A stretch of 64,000 nt of DNA from a candidate division FCPU426 bacterium. GTDB lineage: Bacteria; Oederibacteriota; Muellerivitia; Muellerivitales; Muellerivitaceae. Numbering within the stretch: the first letter of the stretch is position 1; the number at the start of each line of letters is the position of its first letter. The stretch is from NCBI GenBank assembly GCA_963796105.1, contig CAWCKJ010000009.1, positions 23,068 through 87,067 on the forward strand, given 5' to 3'. The position numbers and the translations under genes are program-made. This document shows positions 62,767-64,000 of the stretch, in pieces. Below the pieces are notes generated by a model, which was not told the DNA's origin, made no database searches, and saw only the letters and a list, made by a program, of their open reading frames with translations.

Positions 62767-64000
62767 CTATCTTTTCGGGTCGGGGCCCATGTTAAAAACA
62801 ATAGTTTTTCCATATATCAAGTCCTCCCATTTTAAATACGGATTTTTATAAGGGACTCCATCCATTAATACCGATTGGATATAAATATTCCGGTCCGAGT
62901 TATTATTTGTTTTAAGTAATAGTTTTCCCCCGTAATAAAAACTTTGATTGAGACTGATTTCGGCTTCCCTGAAAAGGGGACTGCCGATTTGGAAAATTCC
63001 GTTTCCAGGACACACTGGATAGAACCCCAGGGCTGAAAAGACATACCAAGCCGAAAGAACTCCGCTATCATCATTTCCTGGGATTCCATCTGGAGTCGGC
63101 TTAAAATATTTATCCATCAATTCCCTGATTTGTTTTTGTGTTTTCCAAGCTTCACCCGGGACTTCGTCAAAAAGATACGGCCAGAATAGGTCTGATTTTC
63201 GCGAGGGATCATAATGTCCTTTTTCAAAACATTCTTGGAGCCGTTTTATGAAATTCTCATCGCCTCCCAATGAAAGTTTCAAACCATCGATGTCCTGCGG
63301 AACAAAAAACAAATATTGCCAGGCGTTCCCTTTTGTATATCCCGGGCCCCCGCTGTTAGGCCGGTTTTTATCGCAACAGGTGGCTTGGGGATCAAAAGGG
63401 CTGGTCCAGGAACCATCTTGATTCTTGGGCCTCACAAAGCCAGTGTACTGGTCGAAAAGATTCCGATATATTCCCGAGTCATGAATGTATTTCTCATAAT
63501 CCTGGCTATTTTGGAGACTCCGGGCCATCTGAGCGAGGCACCAAAAATCATAGGAATACTCCAAACTTGCCGAAACTGAGCCCCACACCGGATCCCCTTT
63601 GTTGTCGTCTTGGGGAATATAACCAAAGCGGGTGATTGATTGAAGCCCGCTGTAAATTTTGTTGTTCTTCGGCGAGAGACTTTTCGTCATCGCGTCGTAG
63701 GCTGAGGAAACATCGAAATTTTTAATTCCCGCCAAATAAGTTCCCGCGATGACCGGAACCGAGGGGTCCCCGGCCATGGCGCCGGTTTCTATTCCAGCCA
63801 ACTCGGCGCGGGGAAGCCATCCCCCTTCCTTGGACATTTCAACCATACTTCTCACCATGTCCAGTTCCCGATCTGGGTAAAAGAGGGTGAGCAGGGGGTG
63901 AAGATCGCGGTAGGTGTTCCACAGGGAGAAATTGGTGTATCGAATATAATTTTTGTCCTTGGTTGATTTGACTTCTTGATTCTTCATGGAAGGATATTCA
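62767..64000 (-). CDS. GH92 alpha-mannosidase-like protein (5' end outside the window)
   Basis: FSLWNTYRDLHPL, GNAWQY.FFVPQD, PGNDDSGVLSAWYVFSALGFYPV.PG; the frame stays open past ATG 63987 (EYPSMK). Confidence 0.9.
   Translation of the reverse strand, partial: EYPSMKNQEVKSTKDKNYIRYTNFSLWNTYRDLHPLLTLFYPDRELDMVRSMVEMSKEGGWLPRAELAGIETGAMAGDPSVPVIAGTYLAGIKNFDVSSAYDAMTKSLSPKNNKIYSGLQSITRFGYIPQDDNKGDPVWGSVSASLEYSYDFWCLAQMARSLQNSQDYEKYIHDSGIYRNLFDQYTGFVRPKNQDGSWTSPFDPQATCCDKNRPNSGGPGYTKGNAWQYLFFVPQDIDGLKLSLGGDENFIKRLQECFEKGHYDPSRKSDLFWPYLFDEVPGEAWKTQKQIRELMDKYFKPTPDGIPGNDDSGVLSAWYVFSALGFYPVCPGNGIFQIGSPLFREAEISLNQSFYYGGKLLLKTNNNSDRNIYIQSVLMDGVPYKNPYLKWEDLIYGKTIVFNMGPDPKR

Overview
A 64 kb chromosomal window from a diderm bacterium; no prophage, integrase, transposase or CRISPR array was seen. 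The style of the secreted proteins is reminiscent of uncultured lineages such as candidate phylum FCPU426, but that is inference only. Nearly all genes are on the minus strand. From left to right: (1) stress and fermentation genes (ECF sigma, Zn-ribbon rhomboid, DinB, beta-propeller, RIC/ScdA with a CRP/FNR-type site, two Fe-ADHs, ABM, TspO), plus an unexplained hairpin-dense intergenic RNA candidate; (2) CAZymes (GH3, cellobiose 2-epimerase, GH127/146); (3) two tandem giant secreted paralogs (2493 and 1959 aa) built as variable Cys-rich head, 1000-1550 aa strict Thr-X stalk, and conserved DUF11 / 2x FlgD-Ig / T9SS-CTD-like base; (4) a b6f-like Rieske/cytochrome b complex with an octaheme cytochrome c; (5) two AT-rich GT-C-like membrane proteins flanking a GH3 gene cleanly interrupted by a 118-nt IS200/IS605-type palindromic mini-element; (6) citrate synthase, a membrane-anchored FGE/CLec protein with a CarD-like segment, and tRNA-Ile2; (7) core genes rpoD, dnaG, mutS2, mpg, yqeY, rpsU, HIT, mtaB, then cdsA, uppS, frr, pyrH, tsf, rpsB, with a degenerate galactokinase-like gene where dxr often sits, and a partial GH92 at the right edge.
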